Assembly: GCA_034722055.1 (NCBI GenBank) | Contig: JAYENL010000319.1 | Location: forward strand, 8,785 to 54,715 | DNA: 45,931 nt | Reading direction: 5' to 3' | DNA from: Armatimonadota bacterium | GTDB taxonomy: Bacteria; Armatimonadota; Zipacnadia; Zipacnadales; UBA5352 | In this document: positions 36,991 to 45,931 of the stretch, one piece after another | Position numbering within the stretch: the stretch's first letter is position 1 | Layout of the letters: each line of letters starts with the position of its first letter | Position numbers and translations under genes: made by a program | The notes under the pieces: model-generated | Told to the model about the DNA's origin: nothing | Database searches by the model: none | What the model saw: only the letters and a program-made list of their open reading frames with translations

Positions 36991-38038
36991 AGAGCGCGTG
37001 CTGGCGGCGCTGAGCCACCGCGAGGCGGACCGCGTGCCCATCGATGACAGCCCGTGGGCCACCACGATCAGGCGGTGGCGGCGGGAGGGGCTGCCGGAGG
37101 GCGTCTCGCCGGCGGAGTACTTCGGCTACGAGTTCTCCGGCGTGGGGGCCGATCTATCGCTGCGCATGCCCACCGAGGTGGTGGAGGAGACGGACGAGTA
37201 CACCATCGCGTGGAACGCCAACGGAGCGCTGCGCAAGAACTTCAAGCACTCCACCTCCACGCCCGAGTGCATCGACTTCCGAATCAAGACCAGCGCCGAC
37301 TGGTACGCCTGGAAGGAGGAGATGGAGGTCGGCCGCGACCGCATCAACTGGGAGGGGGGCCTTCGCGCCCAGCGTGCAGCGCGGGAAGGGGGGCTCTGGT
37401 TCCCCTACCGCGCCGCCACCGGCTACGACAAGACACAGGGCGTCGTGGGCTCCGAGCGGCTGCTGATCGCCATGGCCCAGGAGCCCCACTGGCCCGCCGA
37501 CATGTACATGACCTGGAGCGATATGATCGTGGAGACGGCGCAGATGATGATGGATGGTGGCTTCGAGTTCGACGGCGCCTTCCTCTACGATGACATGGGC
37601 TACCGGAACGGTCCCCTGTTCTCGCCGCAGATGTACCGCGACATCTGCCAGCCCGCGCACGCCAAGGCCTGCGAGTTCTTCCACGGCTACGGCCTGAAGG
37701 TGATTCTGCACTCCTGCGGGTGCGTCGCTCCCCTGGTCCCCGACATCATCGACGCCGGCTTCGACTGCCTCCAGCCCCTGGAGGTGAAGGCCGGCATGGA
37801 CCTGGTGGAGCTCAAGCAGCAGTACGGTCAGGAGCTGGCCTTCATGGGAGGGATCGACGTCCGTGCCATGGCGGACCCCGACCCGCGCGTCATCGAGGAG
37901 GAGATTGCCACCAAGATCGAATTCGCGAAGCGCAGGGGCGGGTACATCTACCACTCCGACCACTCCGTGCCCGATAACGTCAGCTTCCAGCGGTACGGGT
38001 ATGTCATAGAATTAGTGCATAAACATGGACAGTACTAA
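36974..38038 (+). CDS. Uroporphyrinogen decarboxylase/MtaA-CmuA family protein
   Basis: TSRERV.AAL.H.E.DRVP, DDMGY, LHSCG, GGIDV and SDHSVP motifs. Confidence 0.88.
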   Translation: MAVTSRERVLAALSHREADRVPIDDSPWATTIRRWRREGLPEGVSPAEYFGYEFSGVGADLSLRMPTEVVEETDEYTIAWNANGALRKNFKHSTSTPECIDFRIKTSADWYAWKEEMEVGRDRINWEGGLRAQRAAREGGLWFPYRAATGYDKTQGVVGSERLLIAMAQEPHWPADMYMTWSDMIVETAQMMMDGGFEFDGAFLYDDMGYRNGPLFSPQMYRDICQPAHAKACEFFHGYGLKVILHSCGCVAPLVPDIIDAGFDCLQPLEVKAGMDLVELKQQYGQELAFMGGIDVRAMADPDPRVIEEEIATKIEFAKRRGGYIYHSDHSVPDNVSFQRYGYVIELVHKHGQY

Positions 38039-38058
38039 CAACTCCCCCGCCGTCCGCG

Positions 38059-38086
38059 TTGACAGTGGGAGGCTGTAATGTATAAT
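38059..38086 (+). promoter_or_regulatory. Consensus sigma70 promoter at the galK start
   Basis: TTGACA 38059-38064, 16-bp spacer, TATAAT 38081-38086. Confidence 0.65.
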
Positions 38087-39268
38087 CATCACTGTCGCGT
38101 GGGTCCCCGGACCGCCAAGCTCGCGCAGCGGGCCACAGAGTCGCTGGCGCGGCAGTGGGAGCGTCGCCCGGAGGTCGTGGCTCGCGCGCCCGGCAGGCTG
38201 GAGGTGCTGGGCGGGCACACCGACTACAATGAGGGCTTTGTAGCCGCCATCGCCATCGAGCAGGCCACCATCGTGGCCGCGGCCCGACGGGACGATAGCC
38301 TCGTGCGGGCCTGGACCGACTTCGATGGGTCCCAAGCGGAGCTCGATCTGGAGCGCCTCGATGAGGGCCCGTGGGGGCGATGGTGGGATTACGTGGCGGG
38401 CGTGTGCGCGGAGCTTGCGCGGGAGGGCTGCGCGCTACCCGGCGCCGACATGGCCATCGTCAGCGATGTGCCGGTGGGCGGCGGCGTGTCATCGTCGGCG
38501 GCCATTGAGGTTGCCTGCGCAGTTGCTCTCAGCTCAATGGCCGGCTGTGAGATCGAGCCGGAGCGGCTGGCGCTACTCTGTCAGCGAGCCGAGAACGAGT
38601 ACGTTGGGATGCGCTGCGGCATACTGGATCAGTTCACGTCCGTCTTCGCGCGTCCCGACAGCGTTCTGTGGCTCGACTGCCGGAGCCACGAGCGCCGGCT
38701 GGTTCTCATGGGCGAGGAGAGCGTTCGCTTTGTGGTCTGCGACACCCGCAAGCCGCGAGAGCTGGTGGACTCGGCCTACAACGAGCGCCGGCGGCAGTGC
38801 GAGCGGGCGGCCGATATCCTGGGCGTGCGCGCGCTTCGCGACGTCGATGAGGAGATGCTGGCGTTCAGGGCGCAGCGCCTCGACGAGACGCTGCTGAAGC
38901 GGGCCCGGCACGTGGTGAGCGAGAACGCACGCGTGCAGGCCGGGGCGAGGGCGCTGCAGGCCGGCGATCTGGAGGCGCTGGGGCAGCTCATGAACGCCAG
39001 CCACGTAAGCGTGCGCGACGACTACGAGGTGAGCTGCCCGGAGCTAGAGGTCATGCGCGAGGCCGCTCTGGCTGCCCCCGGATGCTACGGCGCGCGTCTG
39101 GTGGGGGCCGGCTTCGGCGGCTGCGTGATGGCCCTCGTTGAGGCCGTCGCGGTGGAGCAGTTCGCCGCCCAGGTCGGGCAGCAGTACGAGGCGGAGACGG
39201 GTCTGACGCCGGAGATCTTCGCCACCCGCGCCGCCGACGGCGCCGGGCTGGTTCGCCACGAGGGCTGA
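38078..39268 (+). CDS. galK: Galactokinase
   Basis: APGR....G.HTDYNEG, P.GGGVSSSAA, CGILDQ and GARLVGAGFGGC motifs; alternative start GTG 38099. Confidence 0.95.
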   Translation: MYNHHCRVGPRTAKLAQRATESLARQWERRPEVVARAPGRLEVLGGHTDYNEGFVAAIAIEQATIVAAARRDDSLVRAWTDFDGSQAELDLERLDEGPWGRWWDYVAGVCAELAREGCALPGADMAIVSDVPVGGGVSSSAAIEVACAVALSSMAGCEIEPERLALLCQRAENEYVGMRCGILDQFTSVFARPDSVLWLDCRSHERRLVLMGEESVRFVVCDTRKPRELVDSAYNERRRQCERAADILGVRALRDVDEEMLAFRAQRLDETLLKRARHVVSENARVQAGARALQAGDLEALGQLMNASHVSVRDDYEVSCPELEVMREAALAAPGCYGARLVGAGFGGCVMALVEAVAVEQFAAQVGQQYEAETGLTPEIFATRAADGAGLVRHEG

Positions 39269-39278
39269 CCGCGGAGGG

Positions 39279-40385
39279 ATGATAGCCGTGACGCGGGCCG
39301 AAGAGGTTACCGCCAAGCTGGACAGGACCCGCACCTTCCTGGCAGAGAAGGCTCTGGACGCGGTCGTCCTGGCCACGCGGGCCAACTTCGCGTGGCTGAC
39401 AGCCGGCGGTAGCAGCCACGTCGGCCTTGGCTCCGAGACCGGCGTGGGCTGGCTGGTGGTGACTCCCGAGGGACAGCGTCTGCTGACCAACAACATCGAG
39501 GCCGGACGCTTCGAGGACGAGGAGATCGGCGACCTCCCCTTCGAGATCCACTACATGCAGTGGGACGAGGAGGACCGCCGGGAGATGCTGGAGTCCCTGG
39601 CCTCCGGCCGCATCGGCGCCGACGTGCCCCTGACATTCGCGGAGGACGTTTCCGAGGACTTCAATCGCCTGCGCTGGCGGCTGATGGAGCCCGAGATCGA
39701 GCGCTACCGCGAGGTGGGACGCATCGCCTCGGAGGCCATCGCTGAGACCGGGCGTGAGATCAAGCCGGGGATGACCGAGCATGAGATCGCCGGGCTGATG
39801 ATGCAGAAGGTGTTCACGGCCGGCGCACAGCCGGTGGTGGCGCTGATCGCCGCCGACCAGCGCGCCATGCTCTACCGGCACCCAATCCCAACCGACAAGC
39901 AGCTCGACCGGCACGTCATGCTGGTCATCGGAGCGTCGAAGTGGGGCCTGGGTATCTCCGCCACGCGCATGGTGCACTTCGGCCAGCCGCCGGCGGAGCT
40001 GCGTGAGAAGCACGCCGCCTGCTGCTTCGTGGACGCGGCCTTCAACCTCGAGACCCGGCCCGGCGCTGAGGTCGCGCAGGTCTTCCGCGCCGGAATCGCA
40101 GCCTACGAGGAGGCCGGATTCGGGGACGAGTGGCGCCTGCACCACCAGGGCGGCGCCACCGGCTACGCGCCGCGCGATTACAAGGGCACGCTGGACTGCG
40201 AGGAGCGGGTGCTCGCAGATCAGGCCTTCGCGTGGAACCCCTCGATTGCGGGCACCAAGTCCGAGGACACCATCATTGCCCGCGAGGACGGGCCGGAGCT
40301 GCTCAGCCAGCCGGCTGGCTGGCCGACGCTGGACGTGACCTACAAGGGCACGACGCTGCAGCGCCCGGACATACTGGTGCGCTGA
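39279..40385 (+). CDS. M24 family metallopeptidase (Xaa-Pro peptidase-like)
   Basis: N-terminal creatinase-like domain; TE.EIA, RHP, HHQGG, WNP and KSEDT motifs. Confidence 0.87.
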   Translation: MIAVTRAEEVTAKLDRTRTFLAEKALDAVVLATRANFAWLTAGGSSHVGLGSETGVGWLVVTPEGQRLLTNNIEAGRFEDEEIGDLPFEIHYMQWDEEDRREMLESLASGRIGADVPLTFAEDVSEDFNRLRWRLMEPEIERYREVGRIASEAIAETGREIKPGMTEHEIAGLMMQKVFTAGAQPVVALIAADQRAMLYRHPIPTDKQLDRHVMLVIGASKWGLGISATRMVHFGQPPAELREKHAACCFVDAAFNLETRPGAEVAQVFRAGIAAYEEAGFGDEWRLHHQGGATGYAPRDYKGTLDCEERVLADQAFAWNPSIAGTKSEDTIIAREDGPELLSQPAGWPTLDVTYKGTTLQRPDILVR

Positions 40386-40447
40386 TCAACGCAGCACCGA
40401 ACGCGGCACGCATCGCACCAACGACGGCACAGCAGGGGTTTGAGCCA

Positions 40448-43400
40448 GTGTATCTCAAACGGCTGGAGATGCGGGGCTTCAAGAGCTTCGCAGACCATAC
40501 GGAGTTGGAGTTCGGTGAGGGTCTCACGGCCATCGTGGGGCCCAACGGTGCCGGCAAGAGCAACATCGCCGACGCCGTCCTCTGGGCGCTGGGGGAGCAG
40601 GGCACCCGCGCCATCCGCACGCAGACCTCCCAGGACGTCATCTTCGCAGGCGCCGAGGAGCGCAGCCCCCTGGGGATGGCCGAGGTCCGCCTGCTGCTGG
40701 ACAACACCGACGGAGTGCTGCCGGTGGACTACACCGAGGTCGAGGTCTACCGGCGCCTGTACCGCACCGGCGAGAGCGAGTACGGCATCAACAACTCGGA
40801 CTGCCTGCTGCGCGAAGTCCACGAGCTCTTCGTGGACACCGGCGTTGGTCAGGCGGCCTACTCGCTGGTGGGCCAGGGCGAGATTGAGGCCATCCTCAGT
40901 GTCCGCTCCGAGGACCGGCGCGAGCTGCTGGAGGAGGTGGCGGGGATCGGCAAGTACCGCCGGCGCCGCCGCAAGGCCCAGCGCCAGCTCGACGCCACCG
41001 AGGCCAACATCCGCCGCATCGCCGACATCATCTACGAGCTGAGCTCCCAGCGCCAGCCCCTGGAACGGCAGGCCCAGAAGGCCCGACAGTACCGGGAGCT
41101 CGACGGCCAGCTTCGCGAGCTGGAGCTGAGGCTCCTCGCCATCGACTACCGCCAGCGCAGCGATCGTCTCGGCAAGCTGGCCAACGATCAGGAGGTGGGC
41201 AAGGCCGACGCGGAGGGGACACGCTCGCGCCTGAATGTGGTCGAGAACGAGGTCGAGAAGATCGCCGCCGAGCTGCATTCCCACGAGAGGGAGCTCTCGT
41301 CGCTGCGGGAGCAGGCGCGGGAGGCCGAGCGCGCCGCGGAGCGCACCGACCGGGCGCGAGCGGTGGCCGAGGAGAAGCTGCGCGCCGCCCGCGAGCGGCT
41401 GGAGGAGCTTCAGCAGACCGACCGCGATGACGCGTCGCACATCGAGCAGTTGCAGCAGCGCCACCAGAGCCTGGCCGCCGAGCGCGAGCAGGTCCGCCAG
41501 CGCGCCGAGGCCATCACCAAGGAGATCGAGGGCCGCCGGGAGGAGCTTCAGTCCCTGGAGCGGCGCCGGCAGGAGGCGGAGGAGCGGGTCAGCTCCCACG
41601 AGGATGAGCGCCAGCAACACTCCCGAAGGGCCGACAATCTACGCCGCGAGGCCGAGGCCATGGCGAGCCTCCAGGAGGAGCTGCGCGAGCGGGTGCAGCG
41701 CCTGCAGGCCCAGCAGGCCGCGCTGCACGAGCAGGCGGAGCAGGCCCGCGCCGGCATGCACGAGGTGCAGCAGCGGCGGGAGAAGCTTGCCGAGCGGGTG
41801 CAGGGGGCTCGCGAAAGGCTGGGGGAGCTGACTCAGCGACACGAGATGGTCACCACGACGCTCCGGGAGCACCGGGCCAAACGGGATATCCTGGCCGGGG
41901 CTGCGACGGCGGCGGAGACGAGGCTGTCGCTGCTGGAGGAGCTGGACCGCAGCCACGAGGGCTTCGAGGACGCTGTGCGGCACATCCTGGAGGCCGCTGA
42001 GCGAGAGGAGCTCTCCGGGGTGCGCGGTGTGGTGGGCGACCTGCTGGAGGTGTCCGCGAAGTACGAGCTGGCCATTGAGGCCGCGCTGGGCGAGCGGCTG
42101 CAGTGGATTGTCGTGCAGACCGAGGAGCAGGCGCTGGCGGGGGTGCGCTACTTGCGCGAGCGAGGGCTGGGCTGGGCGACCTTCCTGCCCCTGGCCTCAC
42201 TCTCGTCGGTGGCGCCGCGGACCGTCTCGGCCCCCGGTGACGGCTGCCTGGGGCCGGCGACTCGATTCGTCCGCGCACCCCGAGACGTCTCGCAGATCCT
42301 GGATCACCTCCTGGGCGACTGCCTGATCGTGGAGGACCTGGAGAGCGCCATCCGCCATCTGCGGCACATCGGCTACCAGGGCCGGGCGGCTACCCTGGCG
42401 GGCGAGGTCGTCGAGCGCGGTGGCGCTGTCCGGGGTGGGGAAAGGGCTGAGGACGCCGGCGAGATCTTCTCCCGCAAGCGCGAGATGGAGCAGGTTCGCG
42501 ACGAGCTCGAGATGCTGCGGCGGGCGCTGGCGCGGGCCTATCAGTACGAGGAGAAGTTCGAGAGCGAGAGCGACAGGCTGGCGGGAGAGATGGAGGCGGC
42601 CGCCGACGCCGCGGGTGACGCCCGCGCCGAGCTCTCCGAGGTCGAACGCGACCTGGTGCACATGCGAGACCAGGCACAGGCGGCGGCGAACGCTGCCGAG
42701 GAGCTCGATGACGAGATCGAGGAGCTGCGCAAGCGAGTGGACTCCACCGCAGCCAGGCAGCGCGAACTGGCGGGGGAGGCCGTGGAGGCGGAGGGCGAGG
42801 CCGAGCAGTTGAACGAGCGGCTTGAGGAGGCCCGCAGCGAGCAGCTTCCCGCGTCGGAGATCGAGGACCGGCGCCAGGGACTGACACAGTCCGAGGTGGC
42901 ACTGGCGGAGCTGCGTGAGAAGCAGCGCTCGCTGCAGGAGCTTATGCGCACGACAGAGGAGGACCTGCAGCGAGCGCGCCGCGAGGCCGCCAGCGTGGAG
43001 GAGACGCGAGCGGAGCTGACCGCCCGCATCGAGGCGCTTGAGGGCGAGCTGGAGCACACCCGCGAACGGCTTGCCGAGGAACGGAAGACGGCCGAGGAGC
43101 TGCGCGAGCAGGTCACGGAGAGAGCCGGCACGGCGGATACGCTGCGCTCCAGAGGCGAGGAGCTGGAGGCGTCGGCGCGCAAGCTGCGCCGACTGCTGGA
43201 GAGTCAGCAGGAGCAGGTCCAGCGCGCCGAGGTGTCCTTCACCCGCGAGCAGGCGCAGCTTGAGAGCATCGAGGAGCGCCTCGCCGACGTCTACGAGGTG
43301 ACGCCGGAGCAGGCGCTGGAGCAGCTCGGCGATGAGGAGCCCAGCCGGCACAACATGGCCCGGGAGGTCAACGCCCTGAAGCGGGAGATCCGCAAGCTGG

Positions 43401-44086
43401 GGCACGTGAATCTCAGCGCCATCGACGAGTGCGAGCGCCTCACCGCACGGGAGGAGTTCCTGAGAAAGCAGCGCGAGGACCTGGAGGGCGGGCGCGAGGA
43501 CCTGCTCCAGATCATCGAGGAGATTGACACCGCCGCGGAGCAGGAGTTCATGAAGACCTTCCGGCAGGTCGCGGAGGCCTTCGAGGACACATTCACCACG
43601 CTCTTCGCCGGCGGGACCACTGAGCTCTACCTGACGGACGACGAGAACCCGCTGGAGAGCGGGGTCGAGGTCTTCGGGCAGCCGCCTGGTAAGCGTCAGA
43701 AGCATCTGAGCCTGCTGTCGGGCGGCGAACGCGCCATGACCGCCCTGGCGCTGCTGTTTGCCATGCTGAGGGTCAAGCCCAGCCCCTTCTGTGTGCTGGA
43801 TGAGATCGACGCTGCACTGGACGCCACGAACACCGACCGCTTCGTGAGGCTCCTTAAGGAGTTCGCGGAGCGCTCGCAGTTCATCATCATCACCCATAAC
43901 CCCCGAACCATGGAGGCCGTGGACCTGCTGCACGGGATTACCATGCAGGAGGCCGGGGTCTCCCAGCGCATCTCCGTGGAGCTGCGTGATGCGCAGGAGG
44001 AGGGGCGCCGGCAGCAGGAGAGGGCGCGGCGGCAGCGGGCTGGAGCACGCGAGGACACCGCAGGGGTCTCCAGCGGGGGGCAGTAA
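40448..44086 (+). CDS. smc: Chromosome segregation protein SMC
   Basis: GFKSF, GPNGAGKSN, coiled coils, hinge with G...F.PL, LSGGE and LDEIDAALD; GTG start 40448. Confidence 0.97.
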   Translation: MYLKRLEMRGFKSFADHTELEFGEGLTAIVGPNGAGKSNIADAVLWALGEQGTRAIRTQTSQDVIFAGAEERSPLGMAEVRLLLDNTDGVLPVDYTEVEVYRRLYRTGESEYGINNSDCLLREVHELFVDTGVGQAAYSLVGQGEIEAILSVRSEDRRELLEEVAGIGKYRRRRRKAQRQLDATEANIRRIADIIYELSSQRQPLERQAQKARQYRELDGQLRELELRLLAIDYRQRSDRLGKLANDQEVGKADAEGTRSRLNVVENEVEKIAAELHSHERELSSLREQAREAERAAERTDRARAVAEEKLRAARERLEELQQTDRDDASHIEQLQQRHQSLAAEREQVRQRAEAITKEIEGRREELQSLERRRQEAEERVSSHEDERQQHSRRADNLRREAEAMASLQEELRERVQRLQAQQAALHEQAEQARAGMHEVQQRREKLAERVQGARERLGELTQRHEMVTTTLREHRAKRDILAGAATAAETRLSLLEELDRSHEGFEDAVRHILEAAEREELSGVRGVVGDLLEVSAKYELAIEAALGERLQWIVVQTEEQALAGVRYLRERGLGWATFLPLASLSSVAPRTVSAPGDGCLGPATRFVRAPRDVSQILDHLLGDCLIVEDLESAIRHLRHIGYQGRAATLAGEVVERGGAVRGGERAEDAGEIFSRKREMEQVRDELEMLRRALARAYQYEEKFESESDRLAGEMEAAADAAGDARAELSEVERDLVHMRDQAQAAANAAEELDDEIEELRKRVDSTAARQRELAGEAVEAEGEAEQLNERLEEARSEQLPASEIEDRRQGLTQSEVALAELREKQRSLQELMRTTEEDLQRARREAASVEETRAELTARIEALEGELEHTRERLAEERKTAEELREQVTERAGTADTLRSRGEELEASARKLRRLLESQQEQVQRAEVSFTREQAQLESIEERLADVYEVTPEQALEQLGDEEPSRHNMAREVNALKREIRKLGHVNLSAIDECERLTAREEFLRKQREDLEGGREDLLQIIEEIDTAAEQEFMKTFRQVAEAFEDTFTTLFAGGTTELYLTDDENPLESGVEVFGQPPGKRQKHLSLLSGGERAMTALALLFAMLRVKPSPFCVLDEIDAALDATNTDRFVRLLKEFAERSQFIIITHNPRTMEAVDLLHGITMQEAGVSQRISVELRDAQEEGRRQQERARRQRAGAREDTAGVSSGGQ

Positions 44087-44146
44087 GCCACGACGAATGG
44101 GGTGGCGGTGGCCACACACTGACGGGACTGATTCCGAGAGGACGGG

Positions 44147-45022
44147 ATGGAGTTGCTCAAGGGACTGCTGCGCCGCGTGGGAAACGTCCTTCGCGGCCGC
44201 GCCACGCTGGATGGGGAGACGACTGAGGACCTGGAGGCCGCCCTGGTGCAGGCCGACGTGAGCGTGCCGGTGGCCATGGAGATCGTCGAGGAACTGCGCG
44301 AGCGCGCCGAGCGCGAGCGTGTCACCGACGAGGAGGGCCTTCTGCAGCTCCTTCGCGATGAGGTCTTCGAGCGCCTGGAGCCATACGAGGGCGAGCTGAA
44401 CATGGCTGACGAGCCGCCCACCACGATCCTGGTGCTGGGCGTCAACGGCGTGGGGAAGACCACCACCATCGCGAAGCTGGCACACATGTTCAAGTCACAG
44501 GGGAAGACGGTGCTGCTGGCGGCCGGCGACACCTTCCGGGCCGCCGCCATCGAGCAGCTTGAGGCCTGGGGCGAGCGGGTGGGCTGCGAGGTGGTGGCCC
44601 AGAGGATGGGCGCAGATCCCGGCGCGGTGATGTTCGACGCTCTGGACGCCACGAAGGCCCGCGACATCGACGTGGTCATCGCCGATACCGCCGGCCGGCT
44701 GCATACCAAGGTCAACCTCATGGAGGAGCTGCGGAAGATGGGCCGCGTCGTCGAGCGCGCCACCGGCCGCCCCGCTGACGAGCGCCTTCTGGTCCTCGAC
44801 GCCAACACCGGTCAGAACGCCATCAGTCAGGCCCGGGAGTTCAATCAGGCGGTCGAGGTGACGAGCATCGCCGTCGCCAAGCTCGACAGCACCGCCAAGG
44901 GTGGCGCTCTCCTGTCGCTGACCGCCGAGATGGAGATCCCCATCAAGCTGGTGGGCATCGGCGAGAAGCCTGAGGACCTGGCGCCCTTCTCGGCCCGCGA
45001 GTTCGCCGACGGCATCGTCTGA
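44147..45022 (+). CDS. ftsY: Signal recognition particle receptor (NG-only form)
   Basis: GVNGVGKTTT, DTFRAAA, DTAGR and KLDSTAKGG motifs; follows smc. Confidence 0.96.
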   Translation: MELLKGLLRRVGNVLRGRATLDGETTEDLEAALVQADVSVPVAMEIVEELRERAERERVTDEEGLLQLLRDEVFERLEPYEGELNMADEPPTTILVLGVNGVGKTTTIAKLAHMFKSQGKTVLLAAGDTFRAAAIEQLEAWGERVGCEVVAQRMGADPGAVMFDALDATKARDIDVVIADTAGRLHTKVNLMEELRKMGRVVERATGRPADERLLVLDANTGQNAISQAREFNQAVEVTSIAVAKLDSTAKGGALLSLTAEMEIPIKLVGIGEKPEDLAPFSAREFADGIV

Positions 45023-45072
45023 GGCAGGCCGCCGCCGTCGGATGGCGAATCGCTTCACGGGAGAGTGATCGC

Positions 45073-45931
45073 ATGGAGGGACTCTGCCGCCAGGCAATCG
45101 AGGCCGCAGTCGCGGCGGGAGCATCCTACGCCGACGCCCGATGCATTGACCAGCGCACCGAGCGGGCGCGCGTGAAGAATGGCGCCACGGACGGGCTGGT
45201 TGACGAGCGAAGCCAGGGCCTGGGCGTGCGGGTGATAGCGGACGGTGCCTGGGGCTTCTCCGGGACCGCCGACCTCTCCGGCGCCAGCATACGTGAGGCG
45301 GCACGCCGGGCCGTGGAGCTTGCCCGCGCCGCCGCCCCCACGGTCCAGGACCCCGTGGCGTTGGCGCCTCTCGAGCCCGTCACCGACTCCGTCACGGCCG
45401 ACTTCGAGATTGACCCCGGCGACGTGTCCCAGGACGACCGACTCGCGCTGCTGATGGACTGCGACCGGCTGATGCGTCGGGAGGGCGCGGACCTCTCCAT
45501 CGCCTATTGCAGCGTCCTTCGCCGGGAGCAGCACTTCTGCTCCAGCGAGGGCGCCTCGATCTTCCAGGAGCGTATCGAGACCGGCGCGGGCGTTGAGGCC
45601 ACGGCGGTCGCCGAGGACCAGAGCCATCGGCGCTCCTACCCGTCCTCACACGGGGGACAGGTCATGGCGCGGGGGTGGGAGGTCGTGGAGGAGCTGGAGC
45701 TTGCCGAGCACGCCCCTCGCGTCGCCGCCGAGGCCCGGCAGCTTATCGATGCCCCGGCCTGCCCCAGCGGCCGGATGGATCTCATCCTCGGCCGCGGCCA
45801 GCTCGCCCTGCAGGTCCACGAGTCCTGCGGCCATCCCATCGAGCTCGACCGCGTCCTGGGCACGGAGGCCAGCTTCGCCGGCACCAGCTTCCTGACGCCG
45901 GAGAAGCTGGGCAGCTTCCGCTACGGCTCCG
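45073..45931 (+). CDS. tldD: TldD/PmbA family metalloprotease (runs off the window end; absent from the ORF track)
   Basis: Manual translation from ATG 45073: MEGLCRQAIEAAVAAGASYADAR...GLGVRVIADGAWGF...HESCGHPIELDRVLG..ASFAGTSF. Confidence 0.9.
   Translation, partial: MEGLCRQAIEAAVAAGASYADARCIDQRTERARVKNGATDGLVDERSQGLGVRVIADGAWGFSGTADLSGASIREAARRAVELARAAAPTVQDPVALAPLEPVTDSVTADFEIDPGDVSQDDRLALLMDCDRLMRREGADLSIAYCSVLRREQHFCSSEGASIFQERIETGAGVEATAVAEDQSHRRSYPSSHGGQVMARGWEVVEELELAEHAPRVAAEARQLIDAPACPSGRMDLILGRGQLALQVHESCGHPIELDRVLGTEASFAGTSFLTPEKLGSFRYGS

Noticed and set aside
42197..44485. Long reverse-strand ORFs (for example 762 aa over smc and 652 aa over fhs)
   Set aside because: Antisense shadows of well-supported genes with no recognisable motifs

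Overview
High-GC bacterial chromosomal window. The DUF1559-type prepilin-like genes, DUF6785-type membrane protein, sulfatases and UroD-family genes suggest Armatimonadota or a similar PVC-like heterotroph (inference). About 1-23 kb is accessory: amidohydrolase, stand-alone TIR protein, two sulfatases, sugar catabolism genes, a frameshifted methyltransferase and an HNH nuclease. About 23.5-46 kb is C1-folate and housekeeping: fhs-fchA-folD, hypB-hypA-rsmA-ispE, tRNA-Gln, rplY-pth, galK, smc-ftsY and a partial tldD. The most striking element is a compact unit at about 5190-8696. A sigma70 promoter overlapped by tandem DtxR/MntR-type boxes drives two repeated modules of [conserved 77-nt hairpin leader + prepilin-like gene + secreted His-tailed metal-binding protein], ending in a terminator. 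This is a candidate metal-regulated, pilus-associated metal-capture system with a previously unnamed structured leader. All protein calls come from motif recognition, not database searches.
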